DNA of 64,000 nt, from the NCBI RefSeq assembly GCF_021869535.1, contig NW_026262581.1, positions 121,892,001 to 121,956,000 of the forward strand. Direction: 5' to 3'. This document shows positions 39,741 through 53,800 of the stretch, in pieces. Both the position numbers and the translations under genes were made by a program. A model generated the notes under the pieces. That model saw nothing but the letters and a program-made list of their open reading frames with translations. It made no database searches and was not told where the DNA came from. Position 1 is the first letter of the stretch, and each line of letters starts with the position of its first letter. The stretch comes from Mytilus californianus (lineage: Eukaryota).

Positions 39741-40715
39741 TTGTTTCGCCGAGTGCAGCTGGATACGACCGCAGAGGTCCAACCCTGAACAGTTGGGGCA
39801 AAAATGGACACAATATTCGTGCTTGATACAGGTCTGAATTTGGATTGTAATTAAATATTTGACACAGAATAACTGTAGTCAAAGGACTTAGAATTGGTTA
39901 TATGATTTGAATTTATATTCAATTTTTTTGCTTTTGTGCAATACACTATGCTGTTGCGAATTGCCCCCCCCCCCCCCTAAAACTTTTTTTTTACCCCCCT
40001 TTTTTTGCTTTTGTGTAATACACTAATGCTGTTGCAAATTGACCCCCCCCTCCCCCTCAAGATATGGTCATAATCTCAATTCGAATTTCCAATGGAGTTT
40101 GCAACCATAATTACCCATTTAAAAATACATCATAAAAGCCTTATAATAGAAAATGACATACGTAATCATGGCTAAAATCAATATTCCTTAATCAGCATTT
40201 TTAATAGTAACTTCTAAAAATAAATTGACAGCTAATCACCTCAAGACAATACAACATTTCTTGATACATAATTTAAAAGCAGTGTAAGGGAGGTAATCCA
40301 AAAATAACATTGTATTTTTAAATAATTGTCCATTAACCAGGAAACTCTTGTTTTTCCACCTTTTTTGCCCCTTATTCCTAAACGGTTTGAGCCATAACCC
40401 CCCAAAGCCAATCCTAACCATCCCTTTGTGGTATGGAAACTTGTGGTCTAATTTCAGAGAGATCCATACACCTTTCCACAAGTTATTGTCTGGAAACTAG
40501 AAAAATGCTTATTTGGGCCCCTTTTTGGCCCCTCATTCCTAAACTGTTAGGACCATAACCCCCAAAATCAATCCCAACCTTCCTTTTGTGGTTATAAAGC
40601 TTGTGTTTAAATTTCATAGATTTCTATTAACATATACTAAAGTTATTGTCTGGAAACCAAATGTCTTCAGACAACGCAGACGACGATGAGGACGTGATAC
40701 CAATATACGAGGGCA
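39741..40715 (-). mobile_element. HINE-type element, family B, reverse orientation
   Basis: Reverse complement of the 3' module (CCTCTGCGGTCGTATCCAGCTGCACTCGGCGAAACA) and of the 5' (GTC)n/CCGAAGAC region of 43591-44556. Confidence 0.78.
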
Positions 40716-43587
40716 AATAAAAATCTGCTAGTCTACGAATGTTGTTAGTTACAAGCCACTTAACTTCACATTTGTGCAACCTCTTTAAAATACAGATCCT
40801 GTGTTCAAGTTTTGCTGAAAACACTCCATTCTACTTTCTGTTCTATAGAGCTTTCTGGATTTTCTGGTTTTTGTAGGCTGAAAATTTAATTGGCTGATGT
40901 CAAATTTACCAGAACAGAAAGTAAAATAGAGTGTTGTCAGATCCATGTAAGCAAAACTTCAACACAGGTTCTGGATTTTAATTAGATTTGCATTTGTAAT
41001 ACCCAAAATGAATTCTGGTATTCATCTTTAGACAGAACCTGTTCTTGTTAAATCGTTTTTTGGGAGGATTTGATTCAGCAAGACACCAATCACAGGACAT
41101 TTGCCCATCTTTCTGTGGAAGAATTAAGAAAATTTTAGCTTATTTGGTACAAATGTGCTGAAACTATTTTGATATAATGGAATTTGACCTGAACCTCCTG
41201 AAAGTCAGTGACCCTGGATTTATATTAATTATTTATATATATTTTGATTGGCTTTATTTTGATGTATCCATTTGAGACTAAGTATTATTGTCAATCCTAC
41301 AGAAACTTAGAAACTTTCAAGAAAAGAAAAATGTGTTCATATCAATTTTAGGTTTCTAGGATTGTTGTCTCATTTATTTTTTCTTCTTTATTTTAAATAA
41401 TGCCTCACTGGAAGTTTCATATGATATATTTTGACTGCTTTTGTTTTATTACATTGACAATTGCACATTAAAATGAATTAAAATAATAATTGTGAGATAA
41501 TTGTATGAATTTAATGACAGTTTTATTTCTCATAATTGTCACAAAATGGTCTGGTGAATTACAATGGCTTTTTAGAAGGCAGTTATTAAGTGTGAGTGGT
41601 AGGATAACATTACATATAGTTATGACTTAAAAGCTAAAATGTTGCCTACGACTGACAAATAAAATGGCTGAAATAGCAGGAAGCTAGCAATAGAGCTGTT
41701 AAAAGGAAACAGGAAATGCCAGACTCCATTAGTATTCATTACAAGGAACATAGAGAACTTCTGTGATTGATGATCTTGAGTTATTTGAAGGGCTTCTATT
41801 TAGCTTTAACTTTGTTTGACAGATTGTACAAAAATGTCTTTTTCCTGAGAAATTGATTTTTTGTATCTCAATTAGGATAAAGGGAAGCAACTAAATTGGA
41901 AATGTTGAATTGATGAAATTGATTCTAAAGCTGTAATTAATACTTTTCTGAAACTTGTCCATTTTCATTAGTTGCTGGAATTATAATCTAATTAACTAAA
42001 ATGTTATTGTTTTTCAATTGAGTTTCATAATGATCTTTAAAGATGGAAAAAAAATTGTAATTGGTAACAGTTGAGAAGCAATATGTTAGCTTTTATCGCT
42101 GGAGAGTCCTTCTCACCAGCACTTCCAGTCTATGATTTTGTGCTACAGGGATTTAGTGGGAAACATAATGATCTGATTACATAGAAAACACCTGCCAACA
42201 CTTGTGTTGGTTGGAAAACAATTCTGCTCATTGTAATTAGATTTGTACAGAAAAGTTTTTGTTTTGAATTCATAGAACAGAATATTTTTGATTTACGTCT
42301 CTGCTGTAAACTTTCTATTCAAAAACAGGACAAAGGAGGAGATGCATAAGGATTGTGAGAAATTGATTTTTCTCAAATATTTCATTTTGTTGTTTCAACC
42401 AAATTTGCATTGATGCCAATAGAATGTTTTTTGTTGAGTTTTAATATGTATGTGTTGACTCTAAATTAAAATTTACTTACTTAATAGTAAATTGTTATTA
42501 GTTAAATAGATAAATTCAAGGTTCACATATATACCTATGAAATGCACGAAAATGAGTACTCCAAGAATAATAATTAATCCTAGTATTACATAATCATGTG
42601 ATTTTTGCTATAAATTAATGGATAGATCTGTGCAAAGTTTAAACTCAGAGGAATTCCTTTAAATATTCACTAAGATTTGAAGGATGAATGCTGGCATAAA
42701 GTAAACTCTTCTAAAGGAACTAACAAAATGCATAGTTCGACTAATTTGTGAGTGGAAAAAATCAAGTCCTTGCTAGTACCATGTAGATATTTGTAAGAGC
42801 GGTATTATTTATATGCAATTACTTTGATTAACAGTTCTTTCATGTCTAAATATAGATTGTTTCAGATCCATGATATCACATTAAAAGTAATTTTACCATA
42901 TTAGAAAAGCCACTTCCAAGTGATTTTCATATAAATACATCTAATTATTGTCAATTTTTTCTGAACTGCAAATATAGAATGCATGCAAGAACCAACTAAA
43001 TAATTAATCAAAGTAATTGAGTATATGAACAATATACCTCTCATACAAACATCCACTTGGTACTTGTGTAGGCTGGATATATCAATACATATGGACATCT
43101 TCTACTTTAGACTATATATCTCACTTTTGACACTGAGGTATATATTTTTTGCCTTTTCTGTGTGTGGAGATTCTGGTACTTTGCCAAGTAATAGCAACTT
43201 AAAGAAGTAAAATCAGGCTTACGATCAGTGCAATTTGGGGGAAAATTCATTGTTTTCCAAAGAATTTTTCGTGTATAGAAAACATAAAACAGTTAAATAT
43301 TACTGATTGTGAGCTTGATATTACTTCTATTAGTTGCTCTTACCTAACTAAGTACCAAAATGTCCTTGACACCAGTATTGTTTTCAGTTCAATAATTTTA
43401 AGTCCGGTCATGGATGTTCTTTCCTTTAAAAACGTGCCACTAAAATATTGTGAAATTATAAGTGTATCTATTTTTTTTATTTCTTTGGGAAAAAGTTTAC
43501 ACATATGGCCAGTAGTTATAAAGGTTAATACAAAAAATGTACTTGCCATATGAAAACTACCTGAAAAATGAAATGTTAAGATCCAAT

Positions 43588-44556
43588 TATTATACGACCG
43601 CAAAAATTTTTTTGGGATCGTATAATGGTATGGTGTCGTCGTCGTCGTCCGAAGACACATTTGGTTTCCGCACAATAATTTTAGTTTAAGTGAATGGATC
43701 TCTATGAAATTTTTTAAGAAGGTTTAATACCATAATAGGGAGGTTGGGATTGATTTTGGGGATGATGGTCCAAACCGTTTAGGAATTAGGGGCCCAAAAG
43801 GGCCAAAAACAAGCATTTTTCTAGTTTCAAGATAATAACTTGTGAATAAGTATTTTGATTGCTCTGAAATTGTACCACAATGTTAATACCACAAGTAGAA
43901 GGTTGGGATTCATTTGGGGGTTATGGTGCCAACAGTTTAGGAATTAAGGGCCAAAAACAAGCATTTTTGTAGTTTCAAGACAATAACTTGTGTGTGAGTG
44001 TATGGATCTCTCTGACATTGTACCACAAGGTTCCATATCACAAAGGGAAGTCTGGGATTGAGTTTGGGGGTAATTGTCCCATACATGCAGAAATGAGGGG
44101 CCAAAAAAGGGCCAAAAAGAAGCATTTTTCTAGTTTCCAGACAATAACTTGTGTTTAAGTGAATGGATCTCTCTGAAATTGTACTACAAGGTTCCATACT
44201 ACAAAGGAAAGGCTGGGATTGAGTTTGGAGGTAATTACTCCAAGGAGGGATTCAAAAATGGTGGGGTTCCAATTTTTTTAAGGGCTTCATATTTTGTTTT
44301 CAAAATTTTTACAAATTTCAAATTTTTGAAAAGTTTCAAGAAAAAAGAAGAAACCTTAAATTTCACAGTATTGCGCAATAGATTTGTAAGATCTTTGACC
44401 ACATTTATTTTGTGTCAGAAACCTATATTGTATCAAAAATTTGATCACAATCCAAATTCAGACAGTATCAAGCTTGAATATTGTGTCCAAATTTGCCCCA
44501 ACTGTTCAGGGTTCGACCTCTGCGGTTGTATCAGGCTGCGCTCAGCGAAGCATTTT
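43588..44556 (+). mobile_element. HINE-type element, family B ((GTC)n, ~150-160-bp cores)
   Basis: 5' TATACGACCGC pairs with 3' GCGGT(T/C)GTAT. About 3.5 cores GGAATTAGGGGCCAAAA..GACAATAACTT; terminal CTGCGCTCAGCGAAGCA followed by a T-run. Confidence 0.8.
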
Positions 44557-46883
44557 ATAAATTATGTATTGGGAAGTCATTTATTATGTGTGGAATTAGG
44601 GAAAAATCATTTTAATTGATAGTTATTTCTTGGTTATATTTGTTCACAAATACCTGTACAGGATATATGTATTTTGTTGAGCACTATGGTATCTTCTGCC
44701 TCTATTTGTTTTAAATCGCTGTTCTCCTATACCCAAAATCTACACACATTTGTAACTCATGAATAACAATGAATCCACAGTAGTTATACTGTACTGTATA
44801 CTCATCTAGAGACTTTTTTAAATTGATGAAACTTATTGTTGTCTTTAATGTCTATTAGTTTTAATGGAATCTTTTTGCTACATTCATTGACATTTATATA
44901 TTTAAATGGCATTGAATGCTTTCTGAAAGAGAGTAAAATCATGCTTTACACAGCAAATTTCAAAATTCCTAGACAAACTTTTTAGTCCTCTGTTTCCATT
45001 GTTTATAAATAGAAAAAAATAACAATAATATGAAACCTAACTTCAATGATTGGGTTTTCCCTATAGAAATGTATTGAGCTATATTATTACAATAAATCAG
45101 TGGAGACATCATTCACAAAGTCTTCTACCATACAAGATAATAATTACAATGTTATTATGCATATTGTTGTAACTGTAGTAAGAATCCTGGTGACATTCCT
45201 TCATGCATAATTTGTCGTACATTTTCTCCTTACAGGAGAAATTGAATGATTTGGATGGATATTCTTGGTTGACATAAAGGTAAAGTTAAGTGTGAAGTTA
45301 TTGCTATATTGACTACGCCTGTTGTACCAGTTCAACCATAACTATATAACAACATCTAAGAGAGTAATTGTAAATGTTCATAGTTAATATGTAATGATTC
45401 ATGCATCACCCACTTTGAAGTTTGTAGTGTAATTTAGGACAAAGATTTGATGATCTGTCAAAATATATGTAGGTGTAGAGAAGTTTTTTTTGGAGAGACC
45501 TTGATTTAGATAACAGGTAAGTCTATGGATTTTTGCTAATTAAGATCAAACTGAACATATTTCTTATTAACTAATGCACATTGCTGCATTAGTATGCAAA
45601 ACATGTTCACATAAGGTTGCATTATTGCACAGTTTGATGCACTAAGTTTTATACTATAAATCAGTACACAATATTTTTACAAAAAATCTTCATTACTTCA
45701 ACTCATCAATTACGTACTAAAAGGATATTTAGCAATGCAAATGAAATAAAAGTTAGTCATTAATATAAAAAAAAAATCCAGCTTAAGAATGAAAACTATC
45801 TTTAAAGTAAAAAATAGCAGCTCTTAGTGTAAATAACAAACGGTATACTTTCAGTAGAAGTAAACAAGTTTTATATTGTGCTTTTGGCAGTGTCAAGGTA
45901 CTGAAACACCTAGTCAAATTTATCATTAAATCATTTATTATAAATGGCTATGCATCTAAACATATTTAAATGCAAATTAATGAAATGTGATTTTAGAAAT
46001 GATCCTCTTAGAAATAAACTTGTCACAGGTTTCTAGTTTAATTTTGTTGCAACATGTACTACATTTTCTATGTAAAGGCTTACAAAGGATAGAAATTGTT
46101 TATTGTCATTTTAAAATTATGAAGTTTGGTTTTATAAAAAGATTATATATCATTTGAAAAGTAGATGAAAGATGTCTTTGGGAAACTTACTTTAATATGT
46201 TCTTGTGTGCTTTCTTTGCATGTGAGTTTATTGTAAACTCACATTCCACTATTTTTAACATTTTTAATTTGAAACAAACACGGAACAAACATGGTATATA
46301 TGATTTTCTCTTCTGGAAATTAACTTGACCTAGTACTTGTTTAATTTGGAAAAAATCTGAGGTAGTTTGAAAGGTGAGCAGTCTCTGCTCCCTTGGTGGC
46401 CCTTAGGTATAAAACAATTTGTAATATGTCATAATCAAGGAAATAATAAATGTAGGACTGGATTGTGACCATGATTAGTGGCACCTGCAGTAGCTAATGG
46501 CAAATATAAGTATAGTTGCATTCAGGGAAGTTAAAGGATGTTTTTTGATGGAGAAATACAGTTTAGTCCTATAATTTGTGGAAGTGATGATTAACATAAA
46601 TGGTCAAGCATCAGTCAGCAAATGATCAAATTTTTTTTCATTGTTTTCTGTTTATTTTCCTCATCTGAACACAGAGAACATGTTAGTTAGCTAGATTGTT
46701 TATTCTGACACAGTTGCATTCGTTACCAGTCTCCTTTTTTACTCTAAACTTTACATAAATTTATGTGTATGTGGGTGTGTGCATTTCTGTGAGAATAATA
46801 TTTAGAAGACTAGTAAGTTAGCAATTGTAATGTTTTCATTTAAGGATGGAATGAGACATCCTGGTAATTAAATGTTATTACAA

Positions 46884-49073
46884 GAGACAAGACAAGACAA
46901 GACAATTTTATTCTTTAAAACCATTGTATACACATTGGTACAAAGAATGAAATAATAATACATAGTATACAAAATAAATTGTGCACATGACAAGATATGA
47001 ATGTTACAATTACTATACAAGATCATTTAGTTATTATAATAGAAAAACAGATAGACAAAGGCTAACCAGGAAGACCTGCTAATGAATTTATAACCTTTAT
47101 AAATTTACATATATTTTTTAACTTATTTCTATGTGTTGTTTGTAATAATTTACAAAATTTAATTACATTTACTCTGTTACAATAACAATTATCCAAAAAC
47201 AGTTTTCTTGAGTCGTCTAGGGATCTACAATTCAGAAGAAAGTGAAATTCGTCACCTAATTCTTGACATTGACATAAATTACAATATCTCCTTTCTCTAT
47301 CTAAACCTATCCATCTACCAGTTTCAATTGGTAATCTATGATTACCAGTTCTAAATCTACAAAATATAACCCTATCTCTATCTGGTAATATATCTAAATA
47401 TTTTTCGAATTCAAACTTATCCTTATATAATCTGTACGATAAACCTTTTGACGAATTACATATATCTGAACGCCAGTTTTGTTGAAATTGGTCAAATAAC
47501 TTCTGTTTTAAACTATTATTTAGCCATTTTGTGTTAAAGCCAGTTTGTGCTAACCAGATATTACTATAGCCACATGTTTCAAGAATATTTTTTATAAAAA
47601 TAACCCATTCAGACGTACAATTATTCTGTGAATATTTAAAAAACATAAAGTTATACAAAATGTGTGACAACTTATTTTCTTTGCCGTGAACAATTCTACA
47701 CCAATAATTTACCATACGCAGTTTAATGTAGACTGCCATGGGATAGACACCAAGTTCGCCATAAACCATAAAGTTTGGGGTCGACTTCTTCAAGTTCAGT
47801 AGTAGCTTGCAAAATTTCAAATGTACTCTCTCTATAATATCTATATTACTGAACCCCCAAATTTCACACCCATAAAGTAAAATAGGCTTCACTATCTTAT
47901 CGAACAAATCATACTGACATCTCATAGAAAGGTTATGAACTCTCCCCTTTTTAAGTACATCGTACATAGCTCGATATGCCTTAGTAACTAATATCTTTTT
48001 AGTACTTGCAAAGCTACCTGTCCTCGAAAAAGTCAATCCCAAATATGGAATTTCTTTGACAACTTCTAATTCAATATTATTAAAATAAAAATGAGGATTT
48101 TGCGATAAACGTCCACTAGAAAAAATCATAATTTTCGTTTTACTAGAATTTACACTAAGTTTCCAAAGTTTACAATATTCACTAAATGTATTGAGTTGAG
48201 ACTGAAGAGATTCAACTGATTCAGCAAATAGAACAGTATCGTCTGCATATAATAAAGCAAAAAGCTTAATATAAATATTCATCTCATTCTCAATTTCTTC
48301 AGATATACAGCTTAGTCCCAAAACATCATGCATTTGTAAAAAAGATTCCAAATCATTCAGATATAGGGAGAATAAAAAAGGAGAGAGATTTTCTCCTTGT
48401 CTTACACCAATATTACAAGGAAAATAGTCAGATGATTGACCATTATATACAATTCTTGATTTAATACCACTATACATATTGAATATTACGTTATAAATTT
48501 TACCATTAATTTCGTGTCCAAGCAATTTCTGATACAATCCATTTCTCCATACACTATCAAAGGCTTTAGCGAAGTCAATAAAAGCACAATACATTTTTTT
48601 CTTTTTACTTTTCATTAAGCTAAATAACATGTAAATAACAAATAAATTATCTGTAGTACTATATCCATTTCTAAATCCTGACTGATTTTCACAAATTATC
48701 TGATAATCATCAGAAAAATTGTTTAATCTTGTATTCAAAACAGAGGTAAATAATTTACCAAAGCAACTAATAATAGTGATAGGCCTAAAGTTTTTGGGAT
48801 CCAATTTGTCACCCTTGTTTTTATATAATGGTATAATATTTCCCAATAACCAAATCTCGGGAATAATGCCACTGTCAAATATAATATTAAACAGCTTTAC
48901 TAATATACTAGATAGAATATGAAATGAATGCTTCAAATACTCATTTATAATAACATCGTCACCAGAGGCTTTATTATTTTTCAGATTTTTAACTGCTTTT
49001 TCAATTTCATCTACATTTATGGGTACATTCAATGACATATTTAATCTACCAATGTCGTTTTGGTTGTTTACGT
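46884..49073 (-). mobile_element. Young 5'-truncated non-LTR retrotransposon, probably RTEX clade
   Basis: AATAAA plus (TTGTC)4 tail at 46884-46911. Candidate 6-bp TSD TTACAA at 46878-46883 and 49074-49079. The RT ORF is uninterrupted. Confidence 0.9.
47062..49073 (-). CDS. ORF2 remnant: reverse transcriptase plus C-terminal Cys/His domain, no endonuclease
   Basis: NKASGDD, NFRPITIISCFGKLF, FIDFAKAFDSV, GVRQGENLSPFLFSLYLNDL, LLYADD, YLGL, and HRLPIETGRW..R.C..C..GDEFHFLLNC. The first ~12 codons of the tracked ORF come from flanking DNA. Confidence 0.85.
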
Positions 49074-50853
49074 TTACAAAGGATAACAAAATCATATAGA
49101 TTTTTTGCAATCAACTATTTATTGACAATTGAAAATGATGCCTTTGGGGAGTTATTTAACAGTATCATGTGTTTTGATCATATCTGAATGTCACAATGGT
49201 ACTAAAGACTTGTTATAAATGTCAGAATTGTCCAAACACTAGTAATGATTGTGATGTTGAAATATAAAGGTAAGGTGTCAGTTTTGTTGCATATAAATAT
49301 GACATGTAAAATGATGTTTCTTATTCTAGACTCTTACTAGCCTATAGTATCATATCATAGTTATCTTTTTAAAAAAGTCAAGTACAAATGCATCAAATAA
49401 AAATGAAGTAGCATGAATCTTATATATAAAATTTTAAAAATCTCCAATATATGTTTGATCGTCAATATCTGTAAACATATCAACTACTGTGTTTTAACTT
49501 TTATCCTAGAATAACTTTATCACTGGTTCTCCAAGTTTGCCCTTATTAGAGCTCCTACATGTATAATCAGTGATTTTGATATGACATTCATTACTTCCTT
49601 ATATTTTGTACATATATAAACTTTGACATGTTTGATAAACATTTTTTAAAGTTCTGTTTGATAAGTGCAAAATCAGGAAGGAAAATATTTTGAAGTATTT
49701 CCAACATGTGACATTGACCAGCTAGTAGTACATGGCCTGCTTTGATCTTTCTCTATTGTAGTAAGCTTGAACTTTCCTCTCTGTATCTGCCATTGTAACT
49801 TGTAGTCATTTTATGCTGTAATAGACACAGCTTCAGTTATATTCATGCCTCAAGACCTGGACCATTATATCATTAATGGTTTTCCAGTTTTCAACAGTTT
49901 TATAACATCAATAATCCCTTTCAAAGATAACTGGTAAAATCAGCATAGCAAATAAAAGTTTTATAATGCTGTTAAATGATATAAATGATGTCTAGTCAAG
50001 TATGATGATGTTGTACAATCAATCTGGCTTCAGTGACAGGGTTAATTAGAAGGAAGAAACATTTCTGATTACAACTTGCATCTGATAGCTTCTCTTTGAT
50101 GTGGAATTGATCATTTGTTCTGCAGTGAAAAATGTAAGGTTCTATTAATGAAGAAATTGTGATGTAAAGCTCAACTTGTTGAACTTTTTTGTTTGTTCAG
50201 AAATAAAAAAAACTAATAAATTATGCATATTTGAAGACATTTTGTTTTATACTTTTGCTTGTATCTAATTGCTTTTATGTTAAATGAGTTGTCCTTCATT
50301 AGTAGGCCACTCTGACCTTAATTTCATGCTTAAATTATAAAGTTTTATTAAGCATTATTAGCACTCACGATGGCCAGATAATTATGACGTTCTTATTAGT
50401 TTTTTTTCACCATTTGTCATTTTCTCAAAAATCTTATCCATGGCCTCTGTACGAGTATAGAGATGAAAAGTATAGATTGTAAGTTTTCTTCTGTCTGAGT
50501 TTATGAATATTCAGTTGATTTTATGAACAGTTTGTTGTTTTATGATCAGTAGCAGATTGAGCTTAGTTTTGGTACTGGGGTACTATAGAATGGAAAATGT
50601 TTTTCCCTGTAAATTAAATAATTTAAGATAACATCATGATAGTATCTCCTTCTTTATAAAGATCAGTAAATGAGTTGAGACAAAAAAAAAAAAAAAAAGA
50701 AATATGGGTCCCAATTTGGCCCTAAAAAATGTGAATTAAATTAAACTCTGCAAAAAAGTCATATTTACTGTACACTGAGTAGATCTATTACATAGATATC
50801 ACATGTAAGTTTCAACTTTTATTTACCAGTAGAAAATGCCATGAAAATGAATG

Positions 50854-53800
50854 TTTCCCCTCCACCTTTCAGCTCTCCTTGCAGGTATGGAGCTTATGTT
50901 GATATATAATTGTCTGATATGTAGTTTCTGACCATACCCCTCCTAGTTTCTGATTGTGCCCCTTCGCCTTCAGCTGTCCTTGCAGGTTTGGAGCTTATAT
51001 TGATATATAATTGTCTGAAAGGTAGTTTCTAATGGTGCCCCTCCACCTTCAGCTGTCCTTGCAGGTATGGAGCTTATATTGTTATATAATTGTCTGATAG
51101 GTAGTTTCTGATGGTGCCCCTCTACCTTCAGCTGTCCTTGCAGGTATGGAGCTTATGTTGATATTTAATTGTCTGATATGTAGTTTCTGATCATGCCCCT
51201 CCTAGCTTCTGATTGTGCCCCTCCACCTTCAGCTGTCCTTGCAGGTATGGAGCTTATATTGATATATAATTGTCTGAAAGGTAGTTTCTGATCATGCCCC
51301 TCCACCTTCAGCTGTCCTTGCAGGTTTGGAGCTTATATTGATATATAATTGTCTGAAAGGTAGTTTCTGATCATGCCCCTCCACCTTCAGCTTTCCTTGC
51401 AGGTATGGAGCTTATATTGATATATAATTGTCTGAAAGGTAGTTTCTGATTGTGCCCCTCCACCTTCAGCTTTCCTTGCAGGTATGGAGCGTATATTGAT
51501 ATATAATTGTCTAATAGGTAGTTTCTGATCGTGCGCCTCCACCTTCAGCTGTCCTTGTAGGTATGGAGCTTATATTGATATATAATTGTCTGAAAGGTAG
51601 TTTCTGATCGTGCCCCTCCACCTTCAGCTCTCCTTGCAGGTATGGAGCTTATATTGATATATAATTGTCTGATAGGTAGTTTCTGATCATGCCTCTCCAC
51701 CTTCAGCTATCCTTGCAGGTATGTAGATTATATTGATATATAATTGTCTAATATGTAGTTTCTGATCATGCCCCTCCACCTTCAGCTGTCCTTGCAGGTA
51801 TGGAGCTTATATTGATATATAATTGTTTGATAGGTAGTTTCTGAAGGTTTCCCTCCACCTTCAGCAGTCCTTGCAGGTATGGAGCTTATACATGTATTGA
51901 TATATAATTGTCTGATAGGTAGTTTCTGATCAAGCCCCTCCACCATTAGCTGTCTTTGCAGGTAGGGAGCTTATATTGATATATAATTATCTGATAGGTA
52001 GTTTCTGATCGTGCCCTTTCTCCTTCAGATGTCCTGTCAGGTATGGAGCTTATATTGATATATAATTGTCTGATAGGTAGTTTCTGAAGGTTTCCCTCCA
52101 CCTTCAGCTGTCCTTGCAGGTATGGGGCTTATATTGATAAATAATTGTCTGAAAGGTAGTTTCTAATCTTGCCCCTCCACCTTCAGCTGTCCTTGCAGGT
52201 ATGGAGCTTATATTGATATATAATTGTCTGATTGGTAGTTTCTGATGGTGTCCCTCCACCTACAGCTTTCCCTGCAGGTATGGAGCTTATATTGATATAT
52301 AATTGTCTGATAGGTAGTTTCTGATGGTGCCCCTCCACCTTCAGCTGTCCTTGCAGGTATTGAGCTTATATTGATATATAATTGTCTGAAAGGTAGTTTC
52401 TGATCGTGCCCCTCAACCTTCAGCTGTCCTTGCAGGTATGGAGCTTATATTGATATATAATTGTCTGATAGGTAGTTTCTGATCATGCCTCTCCACCTTC
52501 AGCTGTCTTTGCAGGTATGGAGCTTCTATTGATATATAATTGTCTAATAGGTAGTTTCTGATCGTGCCCTCTACCTTCAGCTGTCCTTGCAGGTATGGAG
52601 CTTATATTAATACTGTAAATTCAGAAATTATTGCGTGCATTTATTATTGCGATTTTGTCATTTTAGACTAGAATGTGATTTCAATTTTTATGATATTGAT
52701 AAAAATCTTGTTTAATTCATATAAAAAAATTCGAAAATGAGAGTTTAAATTATTGCGATTATAACCCTGTCGCATTTGTAGCAATAATAAAAACATCGCA
52801 ATAATTTCTGAATTTACAGTATATAATTGTCTGATAAGTAATTTCTGATCGTGCCCCTACACCTTTAGCTGTCCTTGCAGGTATGGAGCTTATATTGATA
52901 TATAATTGTCTGGTAGGTAGTTTCTGATCAAGCCCCTCCACCATTAGCTGTCCTTTCAGGTATGGAGCTTATAGTGATATATAATTGTCTGATAGGTAGT
53001 TTCTGAAGGTGCCTCTCCACCTTCAGCTGTCCTTGTAGGTATGGAGCTTATATTGATATATAATTGTCTGATATGTAGTTTCTGATCATGCACCTCCTAG
53101 CTTCTGATTGTGCCCCTCCACCTTCAGCTGTCCTTGCAGGTATGGAGCTTATATTGATATGTAATTGTCTGATAGGTAGTTTCTGATTGTGCCCCTCCAC
53201 CTTCAGCTGTCCTTGCAGGTTTGGAGCTTATATTGATATATAATTGTCTGATAGGTAGTTTCTGATTGTGCCCCTCCACCTTCAGCTGTCTTTGCAGGTA
53301 TGGAACTTATGTTGATATATAATTGTCTAATAGGTAGTTTCTGATGGTGCCCCTCCACCTTCAACTGTCCTTGCAGGTATGGAGCTTATATTGATATATA
53401 ATTGTCTGATTGGTAGTTTCTGATTGTGCCCCTCCACCTTCAGCTGTCCTTGTAGGTATGGAGCTTATATTGATATATAATTGTCTGATTGGTAGTTTCT
53501 GATCGTGCCCTTCCACCTTCAGCTGTCCTTGTAGGTATGGAGCTTATATTGATATATAATTGTCTGATATGTAGTTTCTGATCATGCCCCTCCTAGCTTC
53601 TGATTGTGCCCCTCCACCTTCAGCTGTCCTTGCAGGTATGGAGCTTATATTGATATGTAATTGTCTGATAGGTAGTTTCTGATTGTGCCCCTCCACCTTC
53701 AGCTGTCTTTGCAGGTATGGAGCTTATATTGATATGTAATTGTCTGATAGGTAGTTTCTGATGGTGCCCCTCCACCTTCAGCTGTCCTTGTAGGTATGGA

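Noticed and set aside
46358-46380. let-7-like TGAGGTAGTTTG
   Set aside because: The match is limited to about 12 nt and there is no complementary star arm or hairpin.
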